Of a stretch of DNA of 64,000 bases, positions 12,611-24,589 are shown piece by piece. The stretch comes from Geosiphon pyriformis uo1 (lineage: Eukaryota; Fungi; Glomeromycota). The position numbers and the translations under genes were made by a program. Each line of letters begins with the position of its first letter. Within the stretch, counting starts at the first letter, position 1. The stretch lies in NCBI GenBank assembly GCA_016748015.1, contig JAAOMT010000577.1, forward strand, positions 124,001-188,000, read 5' to 3'. The notes under the pieces are model-generated. The model was not told the origin of the DNA and did no database searches. It was given only the letters and a program-made list of their open reading frames with translations.

Positions 12611-13166
12611 CATATTTAAATTTTTGAAACGTTTTCTAATGCATCTTAGATAATAATTTTAATTTTAAGAGTTTCACAAAATACTAAGGGCAGATTGCTA
12701 TTATTTACTACTTATCAACCGTTAAAGCATTAATGTTTGTGAACAATATAATAAAGAATTGACAACATTACGAAAGTGCAAAATCCTCTACTTGGTTTAG
12801 GTTCGGATTTTTTGGGTTTTAAATCAATTTAAGAGTAATACAATACTTTTCATGTTTCAATATATCTTAGAAATTATTAGGAAGTTCAAATTATTTGTAT
12901 TTCATTCTCTGTCAGCTAAAATAATTAACAATAAACTTACAGTGGGCTTAAACTCTAGAACAACTTTGAAACCATTCTTTGGGGACTTAAAAGAAGGGGT
13001 AGCCAATAATCATCCCAAAAATGATATACCATATAAATTATTGAAACATATTCAGTTGCATTAAAATTTTTAATCGGTACAGAAAAATCTGATATTAGAT
13101 TTTGGATTATTATTTATTTTGAAAGCATTCAAAATTTCCAAAGAACTAATTTTGTCCAAAGTAAGA

Positions 13167-13382
13167 TTACTATTTCCTGCATAACCCTCAGAAGGAAATC
13201 AAGGTTCTATCAAGCAATGGTCAGAGGAGGATTCCCAAAGCACTATTTTCATCTCTGTCCATTAAAGTTCTGTAATTCTGGCAGTTTTAAACTTTGGATG
13301 CTCCAATACTCTTTAGGTCACCACACCAGCTACAAGTTTTAGATGTATAGGCCTCAATTTGGATGATAATTCAGACTCCTAA
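13167..13382 (-). mobile_element. Fanzor2/TnpB C-terminal remnant (copy A): relocated RuvC-II Glu, Zn ribbon, RuvC-III
   Basis: Minus-strand translation LGV*IIIQIEAYTSKTCSWCGDLKSIGASKV*NCQNYRTLMDRDENSALGILL*PLLD matches the E.YTSKTC..CG...C..C...DRD.N.A signature. Two stops fit CGA>TGA decay. Confidence 0.85.
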
Positions 13383-13489
13383 TTGGTGGTAGTGGTGGTT
13401 ATAACGACGACTGGATTTTGGAGAATCAGTTTAAAGAACCTGATATGCATTACTAAATAGTTTTATTGATAAGCATTTTTATGACGAGA

Positions 13490-13576
13490 TTAGCAAGTAC
13501 CATCTTCTTTGGGTCTTTCTTGATTAGAAAGACTGCTACTCGACTTACAACATTGTTGGTCCCAGATCCACATTGA
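13490..13576 (-). pseudogene. Short third fragment of the SDR gene
   Basis: AATGTGGATCTGGGACCAACAATGTTGTAAGTCGAGTAGCAGTC...AAGAAGATGgtac aligns to two adjacent SDR exons (about 19805-19793 and 19720-19654) with the intervening intron deleted imprecisely. Confidence 0.65.
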
Positions 13577-14039
13577 GTGCAGGAATTCTTAGGTTTACTT
13601 AGCAATCCTTAGTGGTGTTAAAAAGATATTTATTGTTTACACTTGGAAAAAGCTTTAGAAAATGATGAAATAAAAGATTTAATATATTCTATACTATATT
13701 CAAAAAAGTGTTCACGTTCGTGCTAAATTTTTAAAAGCGTATAGCAATCATTCTAAACAAATAAATATTCTTTCTATTCCTCGAATTCTGAATTCAAGTG
13801 AAATTTTTTCTTTCAAGATAAACCCCCCGAGCTTTTGAATATTATTCAGGATTAGTTTCACACACTATTTTATTTGTTTCGCATAAAATTATAATCTAGC
13901 CTTATATTCTTGTGATATGTTAATTTGAACAATAGAAAATAAGACCAACTATAACCCTAATTCATAGCTTTTTATCTATCTATAATTGAAATAAGATTTT
14001 TTCACCTGTCAAATTCTTTATTGCAATTCCTAATGATCA

Positions 14040-14620
14040 ACTGCATCTGGATCTCTAGAATTTTCGATCATTTTCTTGATGGCTGAAAGTCTAAAATTGC
14101 AAGCTGCTACAATTTTTCAAATTTGCAGAAAATTTTCGATACTTTGAACAATTTGGATTTTCAACGCAGGCTAATCCTGAGTTTGTTTTTGAACATAATA
14201 AAGCTCTGGATTTTTGCTCTTGAAACTCATGAACTTAGACTTATTTTGAAAAATCTCCAGCAGCTAAAAACCCTTAATATAGGTGACTGTCCTCAATGCG
14301 GGAAAGATGTTCCTCAATATAATAAACTACTTTGTACTATCTTCATAAAGCTGCCGAAATTGAAGCACCTGTTGCGTGCTACTGCCTTAGCGCTAGATAT
14401 GTGCATGGGTTCATTCTAAAAACTGATAGGCCACAGAATTTCCATTGGTTCTTGAAAGCAGCTCAAGGAGGCAATTTCTAGGCACAATTCGCAGTGTTTA
14501 AGTAAATTTACTAAATTTTGATGTGCCAAGAATAAGAAAATTGAGTAATATATGGTCCCAAATCCATCTAGGGATTAATTGCGCGAGCTAAGCCGAGATC
14601 CCCATGAAGCTTTTAAGCGT
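14040..14620 (+). pseudogene. Decayed LRR (RNI/F-box-type) plus Sel1 gene remnant
   Basis: LRLILKNLQQLKTLNIGDCPQ (LRR-like), followed in another frame by FHWFLKAAQGGNF*AQF (Sel1-like). Stops and frameshifts present. Confidence 0.5.
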
Positions 14621-15526
14621 TCACAAGGTCGCACATCACTCCAGGAAGAAGTCTACTTGTTTGAAGTAAATTTCTTTGATGCTACAACCAATCTATAAGC
14701 TTGAGATTTACTTTCGAGAATTTGGTGATTTAATGGACCAAAATAATTAGAAAATCATAATTAAAAAATCGTTTTAGACTTACTGTACTTTAAAATTGGA
14801 CATTTTTTATTGATTTATAAAAAAAATTGGCCATGTACCAGAAAACTTTTAAATATTTGAAGATATTTTAGAAAGAAGGGATCAATAAATAATTCATATG
14901 AAAATAAATACGCAAAAATTCTATATTTCATGATGGGAAAGAAAAGTAATCCGGGGGATGCTGGACCCTTGTTCGGGCAAAAAAATATTAAACTAATTTC
15001 CCCAGCCTCAAAATAATACGACACCTTGACATATGCTGATACTGAGATAGGTTAGGGTGGTTTGCGTCAACTAAAATTTTATAATTTTATTGAAAAGTTT
15101 CTCTATATTAAACAAGAAAGCGTGCTGGTGACTACATCCAGAACATCGTCGCCCAACTGATCATGCACAGTCGCAGATGAAGAGGTACGCCAATTTCCGG
15201 ATTAAAAATTAAAAAGCCTTAATTCTTAAAATTATTCCTTTCAATCGTTGTCTTGTGCATGATACCAGCATTCAAGTTTTCAACCCCCGCATGGTCTCAT
15301 CATACGATGTGGTACTTGGATACAATCCTTAACTTTACTCCAATGTGAACACTAATAGAGCATTATTTTGAGCTTGCAATGAGTAGTGTGCGTCCTTTAT
15401 TCGTGAATCCTTATTGTTTTATAAATATTACGGTTAGATAAAGGCCAAGGATTAAATTTTAAGAAACCATTTCTCTTAACTGTACGGAAAGTGCAATCAA
15501 ATTACTGCAAAAATATTTCAAGAATT

Positions 15527-16860
15527 ATGGATCATATTGATGAGTCACCATATAAATCAACCAGTGCCAAGAGTATTAAAAGTGAGCCAGGATTTTCGCG
15601 GGATTTAATCTCTATTAATTCCACAAGTAGCAGAAAACATAATGAAAATGCACTGAAAAAATCAACGTCAAGGTTTTACTCTTTCAAAAGTTTGATTCCC
15701 TATAGTCTATTCTCTTCTTCGTCGATATACTTTAGACTATGCAACATAATACTGAACAGACAACGTCCTCTGGCGACAAAGCTCTTGAAAATCTTTCAAG
15801 AGGGTATCGCCCGTGGTGAAAAAGATAAAATCCTTGTAACAAACATGAAACGATTTCTCCAAGACGATAATCATGATTACGGAGCTATTATCTCGTTCAT
15901 CCAGAATGAAGAAGCAATTGGTAACATACAATACACCTGTATGATAGCCTATTGTTACGAGTTTGGGATTGGGATTGCCATTGATGCAAAGAAAGCTTTT
16001 TATTTTTATAAAAAGGCTGCATTTTCCAATGACCCGATAGGACAATTCTCTCTGGGCTTATGCTACTATCAAGAAAAGGGTGTCGCAAAACCCGACACCA
16101 AATCTTCATATCACAAAGACGACAACGAATGTTTTTTCTGGATGCAAAAATCGGCAGAATCTGGGTTTGCACGTGGACAATGTTCTCTAGGATATTGTTA
16201 TGTTCGAGGAATTGGGACATTGCGAGACGAAAAGAAATCTCTTTATTGGTTTCAGCGATCGGCCGAAGCTGGGTGTGCACTTGGTCAGGCTAATCTTGGA
16301 TTATCATATGAGAAAGGAATTGGTACGGAAAAAAATTTTGAAAATTCGTTTTATTGGTATATCAAATCTGCGAATGGCGGAAATTCCAAAGGACAATGTT
16401 GTCTGGTAGGTTTTGCTTTTTGAAATTAAATAGTATTTTATGTAATTGACTAACTTAAATTCGAAATATTAATCTTCTGTTCTTTTAAAATGTTTTTTTT
16501 TAAATCACTAAGGGTTTATGTTATGACGAGGGTATAGGCGTAAACCAAGATCGAGACGCAGCTTTCCATTGGTTTTATAAATCAGCATATGGTGGAAACA
16601 CTGATGGACAATATTACGCAGCTAACTGCTATTTAAATGGACGAGGTACGCCAAAAGATGAACGAGCTGCAATTTATTGGTATCGAAGATCCGCCGAAGA
16701 AGGAGACGCAGATGGGGAATCTATGGTTGCCTATTGTCATAGATTTAACTGGGGAACCAGCAAAGACATTCACGAGGCAATCAGGTGGTTTAGACTGGCA
16801 GCAAATAATGGAAATATCACTGCTAGAGAAGCAATAACGACTTTGTTTTATACATGGTAA
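15527..16860 (+). CDS. Sel1-like repeat protein, 2 exons (~15527-16405, 16512-16860)
   Basis: ATG 15527, Ser-rich N-terminus, about 7 Sel1 repeats; GT-AG intron; ends ...TLFYTW* at 16860. Confidence 0.9.
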
Positions 16861-18961
16861 ATTTCGTTCTTTTCTTCTGACATGTATTAGATTTCGCTCA
16901 TGAGTCCCTGATATTCACTGATATTTTCCTAAATTTTCTTTAGATATATTAACATTTAAATTGTAATAACATTATACATATTGACACAACTAGTAGACTT
17001 ATAAGTTGAGAAAAGCTTTGGATGAAATTTCCATTTTATGTATATTTTTGTAATAAAGGTGGTGGTATATAATTATAGAAAAGAAAAGGTTATTTTGATT
17101 TCTCCGAACTTCTCAATGTAAAATATAAATATAGAAACGATCACATTGATAAAACATGAAATATTTGAAGTCAAAGTTCTCGTCTTGCAGTTTGGCCTCA
17201 TTTCAATCAAATCTACAATACATGATTAATTTCTTTCGTTCAATTATTATTGTAATTGTAAACCTTTATATGTCAAACTCTTTTCCCATTGTAATTCGAA
17301 ATTCCCAATTATCACATTTCCCAGCGAAATATTTATTCAGAGTGGCCATCTTCGTGAAGAAATTGGATGTTGGCTAAATACAGTTAAGTTGAATATTTGG
17401 TATTAATATTCTACGATCGAATGAGCTAGAAATTGCTTTCGAGAATTTAAGAGCCTAAGAAACATCACATTTTTAAGTTAGTCAAAAATTTTATTTTCTT
17501 TACCGGGCACCTGCGTACAATTATTTTCTTTCTTAACTTTTAGAAGTAGATTCTAAAAAAATTGAATGTTTTTATATCTGTAAATGGAACAGCGGAAATG
17601 GAAAAAAATTCATAAAAATTATCCCACATTCTCAAAATAACAGAGCTTGCCTTGTTTCTTAATAACTTAATAGTAAAAACGATCATATTTGATAAATGGC
17701 CTTTTCTATCACCCGAGGAGTTGAAGAGGTTGTTTTTTTTAGCTTACATTCAAATGAGAAAAATGACCAAAGAAAAACAGTTAATCAACGATAATCTTTT
17801 AAAGTTATCTATTTTAATTAGATTTTAGGCGTATACAAAGATTTCATCAAGATTTCACAACTTTAACAAGTACAAGAGGCTTTTTTTGATTATAATAATA
17901 AAATAAATTAATTTCAAGAATCACAAAAGAGGTTTTTAATGATTTATATGTTTCAATTAAAAAATTTTTAGAATTATTTTCAACAATTTTTTAACTTAGT
18001 TTTTTTTAATTTGAAAAATATATTTGTACATATACATCAAAAAAAGTCAATAATCGAGTTTAACAATTTTTTTATATAAAATTCTTAATAAGCAATATTA
18101 AGTTAATTCCTAAATAATTTATTTTTAAATATGATAAAAAATTGAGTATTAAATTTTTGTTTCAATATATATCATTAAGTTTAATCTAAACAAAATTTCA
18201 ATTTTTAAAATTACATGTATGATTATAATACCAAATTTCTCAAATACAATATTCTGTTTAAATAAGTTCCTCGTTCCATATTTATTATCCAATTCTTAGA
18301 TACCGTATTCAAAAAGTCTTTCAGACCACTGAAGGCTAACTCTTTACGGTCGAGTATCATTTTTTTGAAATATTCTATGATAACTATTTTTTTAGTTTGC
18401 AATCATTTTTAATTTGAAATTATGAAACTAATATAAATCTTTTCACACATTTAGAAATTCTTCATCTGTCAATTTTGTGAACGTATATATTATCGATTTG
18501 GGTTATATTAGTTTAAAATATCATCATTTTTTTTCAAGTACATTATACTTTAGATAAAACAAATGAGAATTTAAAATTCATCTCAAAGCTAATCGTACAG
18601 CCATTTACTTTTTCAGGATTTTTCATATCTAAAACACATTTTGAGGATAAAGATGGGAAAAATAGCTATCGAATTTATTCCCTTAACTTGTTTATGTTTT
18701 CCAATAGCCTACTTCATTTGCTTTTTATTCTTGAACCCCAATTTTAGAGATTTTATTAACCAATCTTGAGCAGTTGAAAGTTGGCGGCGAAAACTCTTAA
18801 ACAGATTCAAGTTCTTGGCCTTCTAAAAATAGGTCGAACAAAAATGAACTTCATTAGTATTCTGTGCTTTAATTCTTTATTTTTATCCCAGGCACAGTTA
18901 GCATCGAAAGAAGCTGATTTTAATTTGTAAACGAAAAGTTTCAAAGGAAGATTGAAAGGGA

Positions 18962-20540
18962 TCAAAGTTTTCCAAGCCGGACTCCTGCATCAATTCTTAC
19001 GATCTCGCCATTCATATAAGTATTCTCGATCAAATGAATTACGAGTTTGGCAAATTCTATTTACATATAGCAAAGGAAATTTATTTTAACATAAAAAGAA
19101 ATCAGAATGTTAAAGAGTTAGCAGGTTAATAATTACCTGATGGTTTTCCAAACCTCTGAGGAAATTCTACGATATTTTTGAGTTTGATCAGTGCTTCATC
19201 CCGAAGTAATTCGATTAAAGGTGTATCTGAATTAAGAGGAAAAGATTTTTCGAACCCAAATTGGTGAAAATATAAATAAAGCTGTGAATTTTAACCCGCA
19301 TAAAAACTTACCGAAGCCTCCTAGTGCGATAGCGAGAACCCTAATCCCATATATAGAAACGTCACGTGCCATTGGGACTTTAGGGAATAGAATTATTTAA
19401 ATATCAAATTCTTTAAAGTGTTTATTATTTCAATTCTAAGAATCAAACGAAAAGTCCAATGCTCACGCGTAATCCCGGCAATGCCACCCTTTGATGCAGA
19501 GTATGCAACTAGTCCAGGTTGCCTTCATAATATGCGATTGAGGAAAAGTTAATGATAGCACCACGCTCATCTTTACGAGAGGAGAATATATTTAATAAGT
19601 TTTCAGATAAACCGGAATTTAGCAAGTGGGGTGAAAAATATTTTAAAATCTACCATCTTCTTCGGGCTCTTGTTTAATAAGAAGGGCTGCTACTTGACTT
19701 GCAACATTAATTGTCCCAATCTAAGGAAATAAAATTTTGTTTGTATTCAGTTAAAAAAAGCCTAATAATTAAACTAACGGGTGAAACTTACCAGATTCAC
19801 ATTGACTACTTTTTTTGACCTGCTCTAAATCTATTGCTGTTCCATCATCCACGGTCTATTTCATAACAAAATCCAATATAGGTGAGAAATAGAGGATCAC
19901 TAGTTAATGCAAAGAAGGATACAAACTTTCCCTGGAATAAGTACCCCAGCGCAGTTGATCACTCCGCCAAATGTTAAGCCAAACTTTGCGACCCCTTCTT
20001 CAATTGCTTTTTGGAATTCTTCCTATTATTAAGATTGATTCTTTAGATACAAATTTAGAAGAAAAGCCTTTTTATATAAAGATAAAGAATGCTTATTTCT
20101 TCTCAAGTTACCGTAGAAGTAGCATCAGCCTTTACATATAAGATCTGTGATTGTTTTTCAGCAAAATCCTTAGAAATTTTCGGAGGTTGTGTATCGATTA
20201 TCTGATTTGAAGATTTAGTATGAAGTTAGTGTCTTGCCAAAAAAATAAATTATAACCACTCTGAGCTTGGAATATTATTTTTCAGAATCTGACCACCACG
20301 TTTGCCTCAAGTTCCAAAAGCATAATCACAGTGGCTTCGCCTAAACCACTTGATCTGCATAGATAGCGATGTAAAAGATTAGAATATATGTGGGGAAAAC
20401 ACCACTCTCAGTTGCAAAATGTCGAATCTGTCAAATGCGCCTAAAAAGGGAAACAAACGAGACTTTGGATGGATTAGAAAAATCGAAATTTAAATTTCTT
20501 ACCCTCCCTTAATGAAAAAGGACTTTTCTTTAATTTTTAT
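18962..20540 (-). pseudogene. Short-chain dehydrogenase (3-hydroxyacyl-CoA dehydrogenase type-2 / HSD17B10-like), about 10 small exons, probably pseudogenised
   Basis: Spliced reading gives KGGSSGLGEAT, INCAG, VNLIGT, ERGAIINFSS, AYSASKGG (YxxxK), PMARD, FPQRFGKP and NTYMNGEIVRIDAG. The expected start reads ATA at 20540, TGG in the Rossmann motif reads KGG, and a 1-nt deletion near 19520 produces TAG just before YSASK. Confidence 0.85.
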
Positions 20541-20869
20541 TTTAAAAAATTTTATTTTTGAGAAATCAAAATTTGTAAGCAGGAGTTATTGATTCTTAAC
20601 TGTTTTTATAAATGCATAGTTTGCATTTTGGAATTAATAAAGATCTCTTAAGATAGCGCACTATTTTAAAAATGAAAATTTTATTTCGAGAGAAAAGATT
20701 TTGTTTTATTTTAAATAATTTTAGAACTTTAAAAAACTATTGCATATAATTTAATTGCATTTTATGAAAAATCTAAATTAGGAAATGTTTGATCCTACAA
20801 AAAACATCTTATCTTGCGAATTTATTCTCACATATGAAGGCAATCCATCAGCGAGCTACATTCCCGCTC

Positions 20870-21540
20870 TCAGTAAAATACCCTCGAAAATTTTATATTT
20901 TAGCGATCTTCGAATATACTTGATTGCTTGATATAAATTTTGTGGGAGACAAACGCATTTTCTTAGGCATCGCCCAAGCGGCTTATTTTCGGAATACGTG
21001 CCAGTTTCAAATCTTTGTTCAGCATTAATGCCAGTCGTACGGAAGAATCTAAATCAATGGCCCCAAATTGATGGGCTCCTTTAGTTGCTCTTTTATACCA
21101 CATAATTGTTTTATCCAAATTCCAACCCAACCCGAATCCGACATCATAAAATGAGGTAAGATTATACTGCCCTTATACACGCAGATTTCTCAAAACACCT
21201 GATAGCAGAAAATTTATCCTGTCAATGTCTTTCTTCCATCAAGTAATAAAATCCAAGCGTGACTACCACCAATGTCAGCAGTATATTTGTAGAGCGTAAA
21301 AGTATATTTCTTGTCCATAATGGTGCAAATCCTGTGTTAAGAAAAAAAGGCAAGCATATGTCTCATATTTTATTTCTTCAGAAAATTCGTAAATTCGGTT
21401 GACTAAAGTAAAGATTCTTTTTGGGATATTCTTTTTTTGTGAACCAAAGTTTCATACTATTAACCAATGTTGAATTATCTTCCTTAACTTGATTTGCGTC
21501 AAAAAGTCTAATGATAATCTCTTTCTTGAATGGACTGTAA
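20870..21540 (-). pseudogene. Sel1-like repeat pseudogene
   Basis: Fragments SMKLWF..RIFTLV..YETYACL (the shared N-terminal helical region), GQYNLTSFYDVGFGLGWNLDKTIMWYKRA and NLYQAIKY. Multiple frameshifts. Confidence 0.7.
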
Positions 21541-21589
21541 CACATCAATAATAGACAATATTAAGCTGTGCTATTATTTCCTGCATGGT

Positions 21590-22130
21590 TACTATAGGAC
21601 CAAGCCTTTATCAACCAATGCCAGGAAGAAGATCCTCGAGCGGCATTTTCATCTCTTGTCTTGCGGATTCACCATGTCCGATACCTCAAAAGGAGGAATG
21701 ACAATAGCATCCAAAAAATGCGATAGCCTTTCTGTATATTTCTGTCTGCAAGTGTAAGATCTTTTGATGCATCCACCCAATCCCCTTTTCTAATCTTCCG
21801 GTTTTAGCTTTCTTACATTTTGAGATGTTTAATTTTTCTTTCTTTTAGCAAAGGTCATCCATAAATTTGCAGAGGCGAACAATACGATTAGTCAATTTTG
21901 CCTACATATTTTGCTGGGTAAATGGAGTGCGAATACCAGAATCTATGGAGACTGCGTGAACAAAGCCATCCACTTGGGTTTCGCCGAGCTGTGTTTGCTT
22001 CTCGTATACTCGGGCAAGATTCCAATCCTTAGTCTTACGATAGTAAGTGAGCTTGCCATCACATGTGATTTTGTGTGGATTGGGCCAATTTTTATTTTTT
22101 ATGCTTTTTTCGAATGGAGAGGCCATAGTA
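21590..22130 (-). pseudogene. Fanzor2/TnpB remnant (copy B): WED, RuvC-I, helical region, RuvC-II strand, RuvC-III
   Basis: ITCDGKLTYYRKTKDWNL..Y, HAVSIDSGIRTPFT (RuvC-I DPG.RT), RIVRLCKFMDDL...HLQTEIYRKAIAF, DAIVIPPFEVSDMVN, then a jump to RDENAARG. Frameshifts and stops present. Confidence 0.85.
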
Positions 22131-22469
22131 CATGTTTATCCTTAAAACATAAAGAATAAAAAATGGCATGCAAACGACATGAATAATTTAAAAAAAACCG
22201 AAAACTTTAAAAATTTATTATCTTTACATTGTGTCGATGTGCATATGCATATATTGCTGAGTATGAGGGTAAGATAGATAAAAGCAATTCCAAGAAAATT
22301 CTGAGCACAAATTGTTATGATATAATCCAGTGCCTTCCGAGATTGAAAAGAAAGAAAGATGATGTGTTGAAACACCTTTTTATCGCTGTACATTACGTTT
22401 AAAAACTTCCTTTCGCTTGTCCAAATCACTTGGTCTATGATGTTGGCAAGAGCTGAGCCTAAGCAATCT

Positions 22470-22601
22470 CTTAAGACGAACGATCTCTTAAGTAGCGAGC
22501 AGCTCTTCTTCCCTGCATGCGGTAGATGAAGACTGTATTAATGGCAAGAATGTCTTGTGCCCGTCAGAGGTCGCATCGTCGAAGAGAACCACGATTTTGC
22601 A
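22470..22601 (-). pseudogene. IS607-family TnpA (serine recombinase) C-terminal remnant
   Basis: CKIVVLFDDATSD...AQDILAINTVFIYRMQGRRAARY resembles the IS607 TnpA C-terminal helix (EL.ED.L.I..VF..R..G.R). Confidence 0.7.
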
Positions 22602-24589
22602 ATACAAGTTCCTAGGAACTCTCCCAGATCTACTTGGAATTTTAAGAAATCAGTCTTTTACCATATTGGGTAGTTTTGAGCTTTCATACTCAGTGACAAA
22701 AATTTGATGACGAATTTCTCTTATTCGACTCCAGAAAAGTAAAAATTCAGCTTCATTTTGATGGCATGGTAGAATAATTATGAATTTTTGATTTTTTAAA
22801 TTAATTGCTTAATTACTATGTTTGTATATCTCTATTAACGATTGCTTTTATAAAATTTTTTAGCCTTCTTTTTTGATAAAACCGAATAAGATAATTTTCT
22901 ATTTAATTTAAAAATTTATTTCAATATTATTATTTCTTTTTGTTAAAAAATTTTATAATAAACCTTAAAAACCAATTTAATATGTTTCAATTAAGTTATT
23001 ATATGTTTAAGGCTGATTGCTTAAAACTTACTTGGTATCATAAAAACTCTAAACTAATGTGAGGATATCTTTTAAAAGACATGGATTAATGTTAGAAAAA
23101 TATCGAAAAAACATTTTGTTCTCACGATATTTGTTTTAGGATTTAGCCCAATATTTCGCATTAAAATATATTTTCAATTAAGCGACTATTATTTGGAAAA
23201 AAAACTCAATTTTATTGGCAAATACATTTTTTAATAGATTATAATTGATATTTATACAGCTTTTTCTATACTTGTCAATTGAATTAATTGCTGTTTAATT
23301 AATATTTTGTAATAATATTATTATTGTCAATAAAAATAAAAGTTAAATATAGCTAAATCAATTGATACTTCCAAAGTTGCAAAGAAAACATTATTTCAAA
23401 TTTGACTAAATCCAAACATGAATTGTAATACAATAAATAATTTTGAATTATTTTTTATATTAAATAATTATTAATAAACAAAAAAGTTTATGGTCAAGCG
23501 TATTTTTATTATCTAAACAAAACAGTAATCAATAAAATAAATTATTTTAATTGAATACAAAATAACTTAATTTTTATTTTAAAACTTTAAAATTAAATTT
23601 AATATACATTTCAAAAAAAAATTGTAAAAGCACCACGTACAACTTGAAAGAAGACTGTTGTCACTTACTTTTTTTCAAGATTTTGTATCAAGAGAGACTT
23701 ATATAGAACTTTTTTCAGAAATCGGAATGAAATGCTCTTTTAAAGCTGCGATCTGATTTTTTTTAGAGGCAATATGAGTTTAGAGCAAAAAATTGAGAGG
23801 ATTCTCAATAAATTATCCTAAATCTTTGAATTGGATACCTAATTTTGAATACTTTTTCAAGTTCTTTTTCTTAAGGTGAAAATAAATTAATTTTAGAAAT
23901 GAGTTTGACTAAATGCAAAAAAAAAACACGTGAATTAATGACAGTTGAAAGAAAGGGCCTGAATATAAATTTATTGAAAATTATATTGTGAATCCTCTAG
24001 TTTCATGGCGCTGATCCAGTCAATTCTTCTTTAGAGCTCTTAAACTCAAGATTGAACTGAATAGAAGGTCATTCAAAACTTTTTTTTTTAAAACTATGAA
24101 TTCTTCAATCATTTCACAAGGAAATAAATTGTAATTGCGACCACATTCCAAATCTCGATTCAACATTAAGGTTCTTATCATTACTGAATGGTAATTAATA
24201 AAGTTTGTTATGTATTACATGTCTATACTACTATAGTTAGGCCAAATCGTATTGATCATTGATTACTTATATAAAGAACGATTTCAAAAAGTGTGACAAT
24301 AAATTATAAAGAGAAAGATTGAATAATTTCTTTCCCCATTTATGAAAAATTGTAGTTGAATTTCCACAGTCCAGATTCACCACGGTATTTTCAGAAAAAT
24401 CGTCATCTTAATATGGACATTAGTAAAATCGGGACTTGTCACTCGAAAATAGAACCACTTTCCGAGAGACTTATATCTGTAAAAAACTTTGGTATATTAA
24501 ATTATAACCTGCATATCAAATTAAAATAAATCAATATCACACATAATAAAAATTATCAATAAACTAATCAAAAAAAAAAACACCCAAAC

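Larger units (their letters stand above)
21570..22620 (-). mobile_element. Degenerate, internally deleted IS607-like eukaryotic element (TnpA serine recombinase followed by Fanzor2/TnpB)
   Basis: A TnpA C-terminal remnant lies immediately upstream of, and co-oriented with, a TnpB/Fanzor remnant, which is the IS607 gene order. Element ends are not precisely determined. Confidence 0.75.

Noticed and set aside
15120-15420. Locally GC-richer patch upstream of the Sel1 gene
   Set aside because: The frames I tried gave no recognisable protein or RNA motif, so no call can be supported.
20641-22498. Shared GATCTCTTAAG(A)TAGCG string at 20642 and 22481 as possible element ends or target-site duplication
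   Set aside because: The second occurrence lies inside the TnpA remnant and the match is short; probably coincidental.
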